Source: Nemertoderma westbladi | Taxonomy: Eukaryota; Animalia; Xenacoelomorpha | NCBI GenBank assembly: GCA_032718475.1 | Contig: JAUCBJ010004138.1 | Coordinates: forward strand, 1 to 64,000 | DNA length: 64,000 nucleotides | Direction: 5' to 3' | Part shown: positions 11,464-25,200 of the stretch, piece after piece | Layout of the letters: every line of letters begins with the position of its first letter | Numbering within the stretch: position 1 is the stretch's first letter | Position numbers and translations under genes: made by a program | Notes under the pieces: generated by a model | Told to the model about the DNA's origin: nothing | Database searches by the model: none | Seen by the model: the letters and a program-made list of their open reading frames with translations, nothing else

Positions 11464-11611
11464 CTGGATAACTGTTTATTATTATTATGGATAACCGATT
11501 ACCGACCCCACAATGACACAGGATGTGTTCTATCACATATCTGACAAGTTTCAGCTTGCGGAAAGGGGCAAATATTTTTATATTTTAATTAATCTTATTT
11601 GATTCCTATTT

Positions 11612-11787
11612 GAGTCTCTCTCACCTCGCTGAGACCCAGTGGCTCGGCGGCAGGGGAGGCGGGAACGTGGCCTAGTCTGCGTTCTCGGGGGAGTTCGGAG
11701 GCGGCTGCAGTTCGCGCTCCTCCACTCAAACTCCCTTTGTCTGCGTGGTGGCCGGCGACCGCTGTAGGACAATGACCTCGCAGACCG
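11612..11787. other. GC/CpG-rich island with hairpin potential inside very AT-rich DNA
   Basis: Stems GGGAGTT(11689)/AACTCCC(11729), GTCTGCG(11739)/CGCAGAC(11779) and GTCTC/GAGAC. Identity unknown. Confidence 0.5.
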
Positions 11788-12160
11788 ATATTAATTCCTG
11801 GTGCTCCATTACTAATTATATTGTTTATATTTTTAATTGTAGTGATCTGATTGGTGATGGGAAGTTGGTGCAGTTTTATATTTTGTTCATATCTTACTCT
11901 ATCTTAATATTTTGATGATCATAATTTTAGTTAAAGTTTCAATGAATTAAATAATTATAATATAATAATAATGCAGTCGTTACACACATTTAATACAAAA
12001 TTTATGATATATAAAATCGATGAAATATTTGATTGATTAATATATTTTTTCGGAATTTAATTAACCTTTCCAGACAGAGTAGAACAATTCAAGAAAATAA
12101 ATAGATATTTCATTGTCATTCGTTTTTTTAATAAATCATTTTAATAAGAATAAAGTAAAA

Positions 12161-12930
12161 GTACGCGTGGTGCACCCTTAGTTACCGTTACAGTACGCGT
12201 GGTGCACCCTTAGTTACCGTTACAGAACGCGTGGTGCATCCTTAGTTACCGTTACAGTACGCAAGGTGCACCCTTAGTTACCGTTACAGTACGCGTGGTG
12301 CATCCTTAGTTACCGTTACAGTACGCGTGGTGCACCCTTAGTTACCGTTACAGTACGCGTGGTGCACCCTTAGTTACCGTTACAGTACGCGCGGTGCACC
12401 CTTAGTTACCGTAACAGTACGCGTGGTGCACCCTTAGTTACCGTTACAGTACGCGTGGTGCACCCTTAGTTACCGTTACAGTACGCGTGGTGCACCCATA
12501 GTTACCGTTACAGTACGCGTGGTGCACCCTTAGTTACCGTTACAGTACGCGTGGTGCACCCTTAGTTACCGTTACAGTACGCGTGGTGCACCCTTAGTTA
12601 CCGTTACAGAACGCGTGGTGCATCCTTAGTTACCGTTACAGTACGCAAGGTGCACCCTTAGTTACCGTTACAGTACGCGCGGTGCACCCTTAGTTACCGT
12701 AACAGTACGCGTGGTGCACCCATAGTTACCGTTACAGTACGCGTGGTGCACCCTTAGTTACCGTTACAGTACGCGTGGTGCACCCTTAGTTACCGTTACA
12801 GTACGCGTGGTGCATCCTTAGTTACCGTTACAGTACGCAAGGTGCACCCTTAGTTACCGTTACAGTACGCGTGGTGCACCCTTAGTTACCGTTACAGTAC
12901 GCGTGGTGCACCCATAGTTACCGTTACAGT
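12161..12930. repeat. 32-bp minisatellite (GTACGCGTGGTGCACCCTTAGTTACCGTTACA), about 24 copies
   Basis: Read directly. Highly homogeneous units. Confidence 0.97.
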
Positions 12931-13175
12931 CTAAACAACACAGCGATAATGTACCTTACTTAAATGCCTCTCAGGATTAACCTCCAACTTCCAAGTAATT
13001 TTCAGTGTTCAAGTACTCGGTAATTTACTTGGAGTCTCTATACTTTATGGTAATTCTAACAGTAATTTGGCAAGAAATCATGGTCCAACGAATACTGTTG
13101 GTTCTTGTTAATTAAACGTATATACTTTCAAACTTTCAAACCGGCGGTTTTTATGAAATGTAAAAATGGCGGTTT

Positions 13176-13250
13176 TATATTATATATATTACATATATAT
13201 ATATATAAAATATAACATATAATATAATATAACATATATATATAAAATAT
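13176..13250. repeat. TA-rich low-complexity tract abutting the satellite
   Basis: Almost pure A/T (TATATA...) directly before the first monomer. Confidence 0.85.
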
Positions 13251-16200
13251 AGAACCACAGATTTACAATAATAACTGCAAGATTATCATAGAACCACAGA
13301 TTTACAATAATAACTGCCAGTTTATTATAGAACCGCAGATTTACAATAATAACTGCCAGATTATCATAGAACCGCAGATTTACAATAATAACTGCCAGTT
13401 TATCATAGAACCACAGATTTACAATAATAACTGCCAGTTTCTTACAGAACCACAGAGTTACAATAATAACTGCCAGTTTATCATAGAACCGCAGATTTAC
13501 AATAATAACTGCCAGATTATCATAGAACCAAAGATTTACAATAATAACTGCCAGATTATCATAGAACCGCAGATTTACAATAATAACTGCCAATTTATCA
13601 TAGAACCGCAGATTTCCAAGAATAACTGCCAGATTATCATAGAACCGCAGATTTACAATAATAACTGCCAATTTATCATAGAACCGCAGATTTCCAAGAA
13701 TAACTGCCAGATTATCATAGAACCGCAGATTTACAATAATAACTGCCAGATTATCATAGAACCGCAGATTTACAATAATAACTGCCAATTTATCATAGAA
13801 CCGCAGATTTACAATAATAACTGCCAGATTATCATAGAACCGCAGATTTACAATAATAACTGCCAGATTATCATAGAACCGCAGATTTACAATAATAACT
13901 GCCAATTTATCATAGAACCGGAGATTTACAATAATAACTGCCAGATTATCATAGAACCGCAGATTTACAATAATAACTGCCAGATTATCATAGAACTGCA
14001 GATTTACAATAATAACTGCCAGATTATCATAGAACCGCAGATTTACACTAATAACTGCCAGATTATCATAGAACCACAGATTTACAATAATAACTGCCAG
14101 ATTATCATAGAACCGCAGATTTACAATAATAACTGCCAGTTTATCATAGAACCGCAGATTTACAATAATAACTGCCAGATTATCATAGAACCGCAGATTT
14201 ACAATAATAACTGCCAGATTATCATAGAACCGCAGATTTACAATAATAACTGCCAATTTATCATAGAACCGCAGATTTACAATAATAACTGCCAGATTAT
14301 CATACAACCGCAGATTTACAATAATAACTGCCAGATTATCATACAACCGCAGATTTACAATAATAACTGCCAGATTATCATAGAACCGCAGATTTACAAT
14401 AATAACTGCCAGATTATCATAGAACCGCAGATTTACAATAATAACTGCCAGATTATCATAGAACCACAGATTTACAATAATAACTGCCAGATTATCATAG
14501 AACCGCAGATTTACAATAATAACTGCTAGATTATCATAGAACCGCAGATTTACCATAATAACTGCCAGATTATCATAGAACCGCAGATTTACAATAATAA
14601 CTGCCAGATTATCATAGAACCGCAGATTTACAATAATAACTGCCAGATTATCATAGAACCACAGATTTACAATAATAACTGCCAGATTATCATAGAACCG
14701 CAGATTTACAATAATAACTGCCAGATTATCATAGAATCACAGATTTACAATAATAACTGCCAGATTATCATAGAACCGCAGATTTACAATAGTACTGCCA
14801 GATTCTCATAGAACCGCAGATTTACAATAATAACTGCCAGATTATCATAGAACCGCAGATTTACAATAATAACTGCCAGATTATCATAGAACCACAGATT
14901 TACAATAATAACTGCCAGATTATCATAGAACCGCAGATTTACAATAATAACTGCCAGATTATCATAGAACCACAGATTTACAATAATAACTGCCAGATTA
15001 TCATAGAACCGCAGATTTACAATAATAACTGCTAGATTATCATAGAACCGCAGATTTACCATAATAACTGCCAGATTATCATAGAACCGCAGATTTACAA
15101 TAGTACTGCCAGATTATCATAGAACCGCAGATTTACAATAATAACTGCCAGTTTATCATAGAACCACAGATTTACAATAATAACTGCCAGTTTCTTACAG
15201 AACCACAGATTTACAATAATAACTGCAAGTTTATCATAGAACCGCAGATTTACAATAATAACTGCCAGATTATCATAGAACCGCAGATTTACAATAATAA
15301 CTGTCAGATTATCATAGAACCGCAGATTTACAATAATAACTGCCAGTTTATCATAGAACCGCAGATTTACAATAATAACTGCCAGATTATCATAGAACCG
15401 CAAATTTACAATAATAACTGCCAGTTTATCATAGAACCACACAGATTTACAATAATAACTGCCAGTTTCTTACAGAACCACAGATTTACAATAATAACAG
15501 CCAGTTTATCATAGAACCGCAGATTTACAATAATAACTGCCAGATTATCATAGAACCACAGATTTACAATAATAACTGCCAGATTATCATAGAACCGCAG
15601 ATTTACAATAATAACTGCCAGATTATCATAGAATCACAGATTTACAATAATAACTGCCAGATATCATAGAACCGCAGATTTACAATAGTACTGCCAGATT
15701 ATCATAGAAACGCAGATTTACAATAATAACTGCCAGTTTATCATAGAACCACAGATTTACAATAATAACTGCCAGTTTCTTACAGAACCACAGATTTACA
15801 ATAATAACTGCCAGTTTATCATAGAACCGCAGATTTACAATAATAACTGCCAGATTATCATAGAACCGCAGATTTACAATAATAACTGTCAGATTATCAT
15901 AGAACCGCAGATTTACAATAATAACTGCCAGTTTATCATAGAACCGCAGATTTACAATAATAACTGCCTGATTATCATAGAACCGCAAATTTACAATAAT
16001 AACTGCCAGTTTATCATAGAACCACACAGATTTACAATAATAACTGCCAGTTTCTTACAGAACCACAGATTTACAATAATAACAGCCAGTTTATCATAGA
16101 ACCGCAGATTTACAATAATAACTGCCAGATTATCATAGAAACGCAGATTTACAATAATAACTGCCAATTTACCATAGAACCGCAGATTTACAATAATAAC

Positions 16201-19200
16201 TGCCAGATTATCATACAACCGCAGATTTACAATAATAACTGCCAGATTATCATAGAACCGCAGATTTACAATAATAACTGCCAGATTATCATAGAACCGC
16301 AGATTTACAATAATAACTGCCAGATTATCATAGAACCACAGATTTACAATAATAACTGCCAGATTATCATAGAACCGCAGATTTACAATAATAACTGCTA
16401 GATTATCATAGAACCGCAGATTTACCATAATAACTGCCAGATTATCATAGAACCGCAGATTTACAATAATAACTGCCAGATTATCATAGAACCGCAGATT
16501 TACAATAATAACTGCCAGATTATCATAGAACCACAGATTTACAATAATAACTGCCAGATTATCATAGAACCGCAGATTTACAATAATAACTGCCAGATTA
16601 TCATAGAATCACAGATTTACAATAATAACTGCCAGATTATCATAGAACCGCAGATTTACAATAGTACTGCCAGATTATCATAGAACCGCAGATTTACAAT
16701 AATAACTGCCAGTTTATCATAGAACCACAGATTTACAATAATAACTGCCAGTTTCTTACAGAACCACAGATTTACAATAATAACTGCCAGTTTATCATAG
16801 AACCGCAGATTTACAATAATAACTGCCAGATTATCATAGAACCACAGATTTACAATAATAACTGCCAGATTATCATAGAACCGCAGATTTACAATAATAA
16901 CTGCTAGATTATCATAGAACCGCAGATTTACCATAATAACTGCCAGATTATCATAGAACCGCAGATTTACAATAATAACTGCCAGATTATCATAGAACCG
17001 CAGATTTACAATAATAACTGCCAGATTATCATAGAACCACAGATTTACAATAATAACTGCCAGATTATCATAGAACCGCAGATTTACAATAATAACTGCC
17101 AGATTATCATAGAATCACAGATTTACAATAATAACTGCCAGATTATCATAGAACCGCAGATTTACAATAGTACTGCCAGATTATCATAGAACCGCAGATT
17201 TACAATAATAACTGCCAGTTTATCATAGAACCACAGATTTACAATAATAACTGCCAGTTTCTTACAGAACCACAGATTTACAATAATAACTGCCAGTTTA
17301 TCATAGAACCGCAGATTTACAATAATAACTGCCAGATTATCATAGAACCGCAGATTTACAATAATAACTGTCAGATTATCATAGAACCGCAGATTTACAA
17401 TAATAACTGCCAGTTTATCATAGAACCGCAGATTTACAATAATAACTGCCAGTTTATCATAGAACCACACAGATTTACAATAATAACTGCCAGATTATCA
17501 TAGAACCGCAGATTTACAATAATAACTGCCAATATATCATAGAACCGCAGATTTACAATAATAACTGCCAGATTATCATAGAACCGCAGATTTACAATAA
17601 TAACTGCCAGATTATCATTGAGCCACATATTTACAATAATAACTGCCAGTTTATCACAGAACCACAGATTTACAATAATAACTGCCATATTATCATAGAA
17701 CCACAGATTTACAATAATAACTGCCAGTTTCTTACAGAACCACAGATTTACAATAATAACTGCCAGTTTATCATAGAACCAAAGATTTACAATAATAACT
17801 GCCAGATTATCATAGAACCACAGATTTACAATAATAACTGCCAGATTACCATAGAACCACAGGGTCACAATAATAACTGCCAGTTTATCATAGAACCGCA
17901 GATTTACAATAATAACTGCCAGTTTATCATAGAACCGCAGATTTACAATAATAACTGCCAGATTATCATAGAATCGCAGATTTACAATAATAACTGCCAG
18001 ATTATCATAGAACCACAGATTTACAATAATAACTGCCAGTTTATCATAGAACCACACAGATTTACCATAATAACTGCCAGTTTCTTACAGAACCACAGAT
18101 TTACAATAATAACTGCCAGTTTATCATAGAACTGCAGATTTACAATAATAACTGCCAGTTTCTTACAGAACCACAGATTTACAATAATAACTGCCAGTTT
18201 ATCATAGGACCACAGATTTACAATAGTAACTACCAGTTTCTTACAGAAACGCAGATTTACAATAATAACTGCCAGATTATCATAGAACCGCAGATTTACA
18301 ATAATAACTGCCAATTTATCATAGAACCGCAGATTTACAATAATAGCTGCCAGTTTATCACAGAACCACAGATTTACAATAATAACTGCCAGATTATCAT
18401 AGAACCGCAGATTTACAATAATAACTGTCAGTTTATCAAACCGCAGATTTACAATAATAACTGCCAGTTTATCATAGAACCACAGATTTACAATAATAAC
18501 TGCCAGTTTATCATAGAACCGCAGATTTACAATAATAACTGCCAGTTTATCATAGAACCACAGATTTACAATAATAACTGTCAGTTTATCATAGGACCAC
18601 AGATTTACAATAATAACTGCCAGATTATCATAGAACCGCAGATTTACAATAATAACTGCCAGATTATCATAGAACCGCAGATTTACAATAATAACTGCCA
18701 ATTTATCATAGAACCGCAGATTTACAATAATAACTGCCAGATTATCATAGAACCGCAGATTTACAATAATAACTGCCAGATTATCATTGAGCCACAGATT
18801 TACAATAATAACTGCCAGTTTATCATAGAACCACAGATTTACAATAATAACTGCCAGATTATCATAGAACCACAGATTTGCAATAATAACTGCCAGTTTC
18901 TTACAGAACCACAGATTTACAATAATAACTGCCAGTTTATCATAGAACCGCAGATTTACAATAATAACTGCCAGATTATCATAGAACCGCAGATTTACAA
19001 TAATAACTGTCAGATTATCATAGAACCGCAGATTTACAATAATAACTGCCAGTTTATCATAGAACCGCAGATTTACAATAATAACTGCCAGATTATCATA
19101 GAACCGCAAATTTACAATAATAACTGCCAGTTTATCATAGAACCACACAGATTTACAATAATAACTGCCAGTTTCTTACAGAACCACAGATTTACAATAA

Positions 19201-22200
19201 TAACAGCCAGTTTATCATAGAACCGCAGATTTACAATAATAACTGCCAGATTATCATAGAACCGCAGATTTACAATAATAACTGCCAGATTATCATAGAA
19301 CCACAGATTTACAATAATAACTGCCAGATTATCATAGAACCGCAGATTTACAATAATAACTGCCAGATTATCATAGAATCACAGATTTACAATAATAACT
19401 GCCAGTTTATCATAGAACCACACAGATTTACAATAATAACTGCCAGTTTCTTACAGAACCACAGATTTACAATAATAACAGCCAGTTTATCATAGAACCG
19501 CAGATTTACAATAATAACTGCCAGATTATCATAGAACCACAGAATTACAATAATAACTGCCAGATTATCATAGAACCGCAGATTTACAATAATAACTGCC
19601 AGATTATCATAGAATCACAGATTTACAATAATAACTGCCAGATATCATAGAACCGCAATTTTCAATAGTACTGCCAGATTATCATAGAACCGCAGATTTA
19701 CAATAATAACTGCCAGTTTATCATAGAACCACAGATTTACAATAATAACTGCCAGTTTCTTACAGAACCACAGATTTACAATAATAACTGCCAGTTTATC
19801 ATAGAACCGCAGATTTACAATAATAACTGCCAGATTATCATAGAACCGCAGATTTACAATAATAACTGTCAGATTATCATAGAACCACAGATTTACAATA
19901 ATAACTGCCAGATTATCATAGAACCGCAGATTTACAATAATAACTGCCAGATTATCATAGAACCGCAGATTTACAATAATAACTGTCAGATTATCATATA
20001 ACCGCAGATTTACAATAATAACTGCCAGTTTATCATAGAACCGCAGATTTACAATAATAACTGCCAGATTATCATAGAACCGCAGATTTACAATAATAAC
20101 TGCCAGATTATCATAGAACCACAGATTTACAATAATAACTGCCAGATTATCATAGAACCGCAGATTTACAATAATAACTGCCAGATTATCATAGAATCAC
20201 AGATTTACAATAATAACTGCCAGTTTATCATAGAACCACACAGATTTACAATAATAACTGCCAGTTTCTTACAGAACCACAGATTTACAATAATAACAGC
20301 CAGTTTATCATAGAACCGCAGATTTACAATAATAACTGCCAGATTATCATAGAACCACAGATTTACAATAATAACTGCCAGATTATCATAGAATCACAGA
20401 TTTACAATAATAACTGCCAGATATCATAGAACCGCAGATTTACAATAGTACTGCCAGATTATCATAGAACCGCAGATTTACAATAATAACTGCCAGTTTA
20501 TCATAGAACCACAGATTTACAATAATAACTGCCAGTTTCTTACAGAACCACAGATTTACAATAATAACTGCCAGTTTATCATAGAACCGCAGATTTACAA
20601 TAATAACTGCCAGATTATCATAGAACCGCAGATTTACAATAATAACTGCCAGATTATCATTGAGCCACAGATTTACAATAATAACTGCCAGTTTATCATA
20701 GAACCACAGATTTACAATAATAACTGCCAGATTATCATAGAACCACAGATTTGCAATAATAACTGCCAGTTTCTTACAGAACCACAGATTTACAATAATA
20801 ACTGCCAGTTTATCATAGAACCGCAGATTTACAATAATAACTGCCAGATTATCATAGAACCGCAGATTTACAATAATAACTGTCAGATTATCATAGAACC
20901 GCAGATTTACAATAATAACTGCCAGTTTATCATAGAACCGCAGATTTACAATAATAACTGCCAGATTATCATAGAACCGCAAATTTACAATAATAACTGC
21001 CAGTTTATCATAGAACCACACAGATTTACAATAATAACTGCCAGTTTCTTACAGAACCACAGATTTACAATAATAACAGCCAGTTTATCATAGAACCGCA
21101 GATTTACAATAATAACTGCCAGATTATCATAGAACCGCAGATTTACAATAATAACTGCCAGATTATCATAGAACCACAGATTTACAATAATAACTGCCAG
21201 ATTATCATAGAACCGCAGATTTACAATAATAACTGCCAGATTATCATAGAATCACAGATTTACAATAATAACTGCCAGTTTATCATAGAACCACACAGAT
21301 TTACAATAATAACTGCCAGTTTCTTACAGAACCACAGATTTACAATAATAACAGCCAGTTTATCATAGAACCGCAGATTTACAATAATAACTGCCAGATT
21401 ATCATAGAACCACAGAATTACAATAATAACTGCCAGATTATCATAGAACCGCAGATTTACAATAATAACTGCCAGATTATCATAGAATCACAGATTTACA
21501 ATAATAACTGCCAGATATCATAGAACCGCAATTTTCAATAGTACTGCCAGATTATCATAGAACCGCAGATTTACAATAATAACTGCCAGTTTATCATAGA
21601 ACCACAGATTTACAATAATAACTGCCAGTTTCTTACAGAACCACAGATTTACAATAATAACTGCCAGTTTATCATAGAACCGCAGATTTACAATAATAAC
21701 TGCCAGATTATCATAGAACCGCAGATTTACAATAATAACTGTCAGATTATCATAGAACCACAGATTTACAATAATAACTGCCAGATTATCATAGAACCGC
21801 AGATTTACAATAATAACTGCCAGATTATCATAGAACCGCAGATTTACAATAATAACTGTCAGATTATCATATAACCGCAGATTTACAATAATAACTGCCA
21901 GTTTATCATAGAACCGCAGATTTACAATAATAACTGCCAGATTATCATAGAACCGCAGATTTACAATAATAACTGCCAGATTATCATAGAACCACAGATT
22001 TACAATAATAACTGCCAGATTATCATAGAACCGCAGATTTACAATAATAACTGCCAGATTATCATAGAATCACAGATTTACAATAATAACTGCCAGTTTA
22101 TCATAGAACCACACAGATTTACAATAATAACTGCCAGTTTCTTACAGAACCACAGATTTACAATAATAACAGCCAGTTTATCATAGAACCGCAGATTTAC

Positions 22201-25200
22201 AATAATAACTGCCAGATTATCATAGAACCACAGATTTACAATAATAACTGCCAGATTATCATAGAACCGCAGATTTACAATAATAACTGCCAGATTATCA
22301 TAGAATCACAGATTTACAATAATAACTGCCAGATATCATAGAACCGCAGATTTACAATAGTACTGCCAGATTATCATAGAACCGCAGATTTACAATAATA
22401 ACTGCCAGTTTATCATAGAACCACAGATTTACAATAATAACTGCCAGTTTCTTACAGAACCACAGATTTACAATAATAACTGCCAGTTTATCATAGAACC
22501 GCAGATTTACAATAATAACTGCCAGATTATCATAGAACCGCAGATTTACAATAATAACTGTCAGATTATCATAGAACCACAGATTTACAATAATAACTGC
22601 CAGATTATCATAGAACCGCAGATTTACAATAATAACTGCCAGATTATCATAGAACCGCAGATTTACAATAATAACTGTCAGATTATCATATAACCGCAGA
22701 TTTACAATAATAACTGCCAGTTTATCATAGAACCGCAGATTTACAATAATAACTGCCAGATTATCATAGAACCGCAAATTTACAATAATAACTGCCAGTT
22801 TATCATAGAACCACACAGATTTACAATAATAACTGCCAGATTATCATACAACCGCAGATTTACAATAATAACTGCCAGATTATCATAGAACCGCAGATTT
22901 ACAATAATAACTGCCAGATTATCATAGAACCGCAGATTTACAATAATAACTGCCAGTTTATCACAGAACCACAGATTTACAATAATAACTGCCAGATTAT
23001 CATAGAACCGCAGATTTACAATAATAACTGTCAGTTTATCAAACCGCAGATTTAATAACTGCCAGTTTATCATAGAACCACAGATTTACAATAATAACTG
23101 CCAGTTTATCATAGAACCGCAGATTTACAATAATAACTGCCAGTTTATCATAGAACCACAGATTTACAATAATAACTGTCAGTTTATCATAGGACCACAG
23201 ATTTACAATAATAACTGCCAGATTATCATAGAACCGCAGATTTACAATAATAACTGCCAGATTATCATAGAACCGCAGATTTACAATAATAACTGCCAAT
23301 TTATCATAGAACCGCAGATTTACAATAATAACTGCCAGATTATCATAGAACCGCAGATTTACAATAATAACTGCCAGATTATCATTGAGCCACAGATTTA
23401 CAATAATAACTGCCAGTTTATCATAGAACCACAGATTTACAATAATAACTGCCAGATTATCATAGAACCACAGATTTACAATAAAAACTGCCAGTTTCTT
23501 ACAGAACCACAGATTTACAATAATAACTGCCAGTTTATCATAGAACCGCAGATTTACAATAATAACTGCCAGATTATCATAGAACCGCAGATTTACAATA
23601 ATAACTGTCAGATTATCATAGAACCGCAGATTTACAATAATAACTGCCAGTTTATCATAGAACCGCAGATTTACAATAATAACTGCCAGATTATCATAGA
23701 ACCGCAAATTTACAATAATAACTGCCAGTTTATCATAGAACCACACAGATTTACAATAATAACTGCCAGTTTCTTACAGAACCACAGATTTACAATAATA
23801 ACAGCCAGTTTATCATAGAACCGCAGATTTACAATAATAACTGCCAGATTATCATAGAACCGCAGATTTACAATAATAACTGCCAGATTATCATAGAACC
23901 ACAAATTTACAATAATAACTGCCAGATTATCATAGAACCGCAGATTTACAATAATAACTGCCAGATTATCATAGAATCACAGATTTACAATAATAACTGC
24001 CAGTTTATCATAGAACCACACAGATTTACAATAATAACTGCCAGATTCTTACAGAACCACAGATTTACAATAATAACAGCCAGTTTATTATAGAACCGCA
24101 GATTTACAATAATAACTGCCAGATTATCATAGAACCACAGATTTACAATAATAACTGCCAGATTATCATAGAACCGCAGATTTACAATAATAACTGCCAG
24201 ATTATCATAGAATCACAGATTTACAATAATAACTGCCAGATATCATAGAACCGCAGATTTACAATAGTACTGCCAGATTATCATAGAACCGCAGATTTAC
24301 AATAATAACTGCCAGTTTATCATAGAACCACAGATTTACAATAATAACTGCCAGTTTCTTACAGAACCACAGATTTACAATAATAACTGCCAGTTTATCA
24401 TAGAACCGCAGATTTACAATAATAACTGCCAGTTTCTTACAGAACCACAGATTTACAATAATAACTGCCAGTTTATCATAGAACCGCAGATTTACAATAA
24501 TAACTGCCAGATTATCATAGAACCGCAGATTTACAATAATAACTGTCAGATTATCATAGAACCGCAGATTTACAATAATAACTGCCAGTTTATCATAGAA
24601 CCGCAGATTTACAATAATAACTGCCAGATTATCATAGAACCGCAAATTTACAATAATAACTGCCAGTTTATCATAGAACCACACAGATTTACAATAATAA
24701 CTGCCAGTTTCTTACAGAACCACAGATTTACAATAATAACAGCCAGTTTATCATAGAACCGCAGATTTACAATAATAACTGCCAGATTATCATAGAACCG
24801 CAGATTTACAATAATAACTGCCAGATTATCATAGAACCACAGATTTACAATAATAACTGCCAGATTATCATAGAACCGCAGATTTACAATAATAACTGCC
24901 AGATTATCATAGAATCACAGATTTACAATAATAACTGCCAGTTTATCATAGAACCACACAGATTTACAATAATAACTGCCAGTTTCTTACAGAACCACAG
25001 ATTTACAATAATAACAGCCAGTTTATCATAGAACCGCAGATTTACAATAATAACTGCCAGATTATCATAGAACCACAGATTTACAATAATAACTGCCAGA
25101 TTATCATAGAACCGCAGATTTACAATAATAACTGCCAGATTATCATAGAATCACAGATTTTCAATAATAACTGCCAGATATCATAGAACCGCAGATTTAC

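Noticed and set aside
11612-11787. rDNA ITS or HDV-like ribozyme
   Set aside because: No flanking 5.8S/28S sequence, and the GGCCGGC has no downstream P1 partner for an HDV fold.
12161-12930. 32-bp and 61-bp (10304-10610) arrays as CRISPR or iteron arrays
   Set aside because: Pure tandem repeats without spacers or associated genes.
12990-13035. TTTTCAGTGT at ~12999 as the missing left TIR of the CACTA-like element
   Set aside because: It has the same orientation as the right end rather than inverted, and the match is short. It lies inside a small CCAAGTAA/TTACTTGG inverted repeat of unknown meaning.
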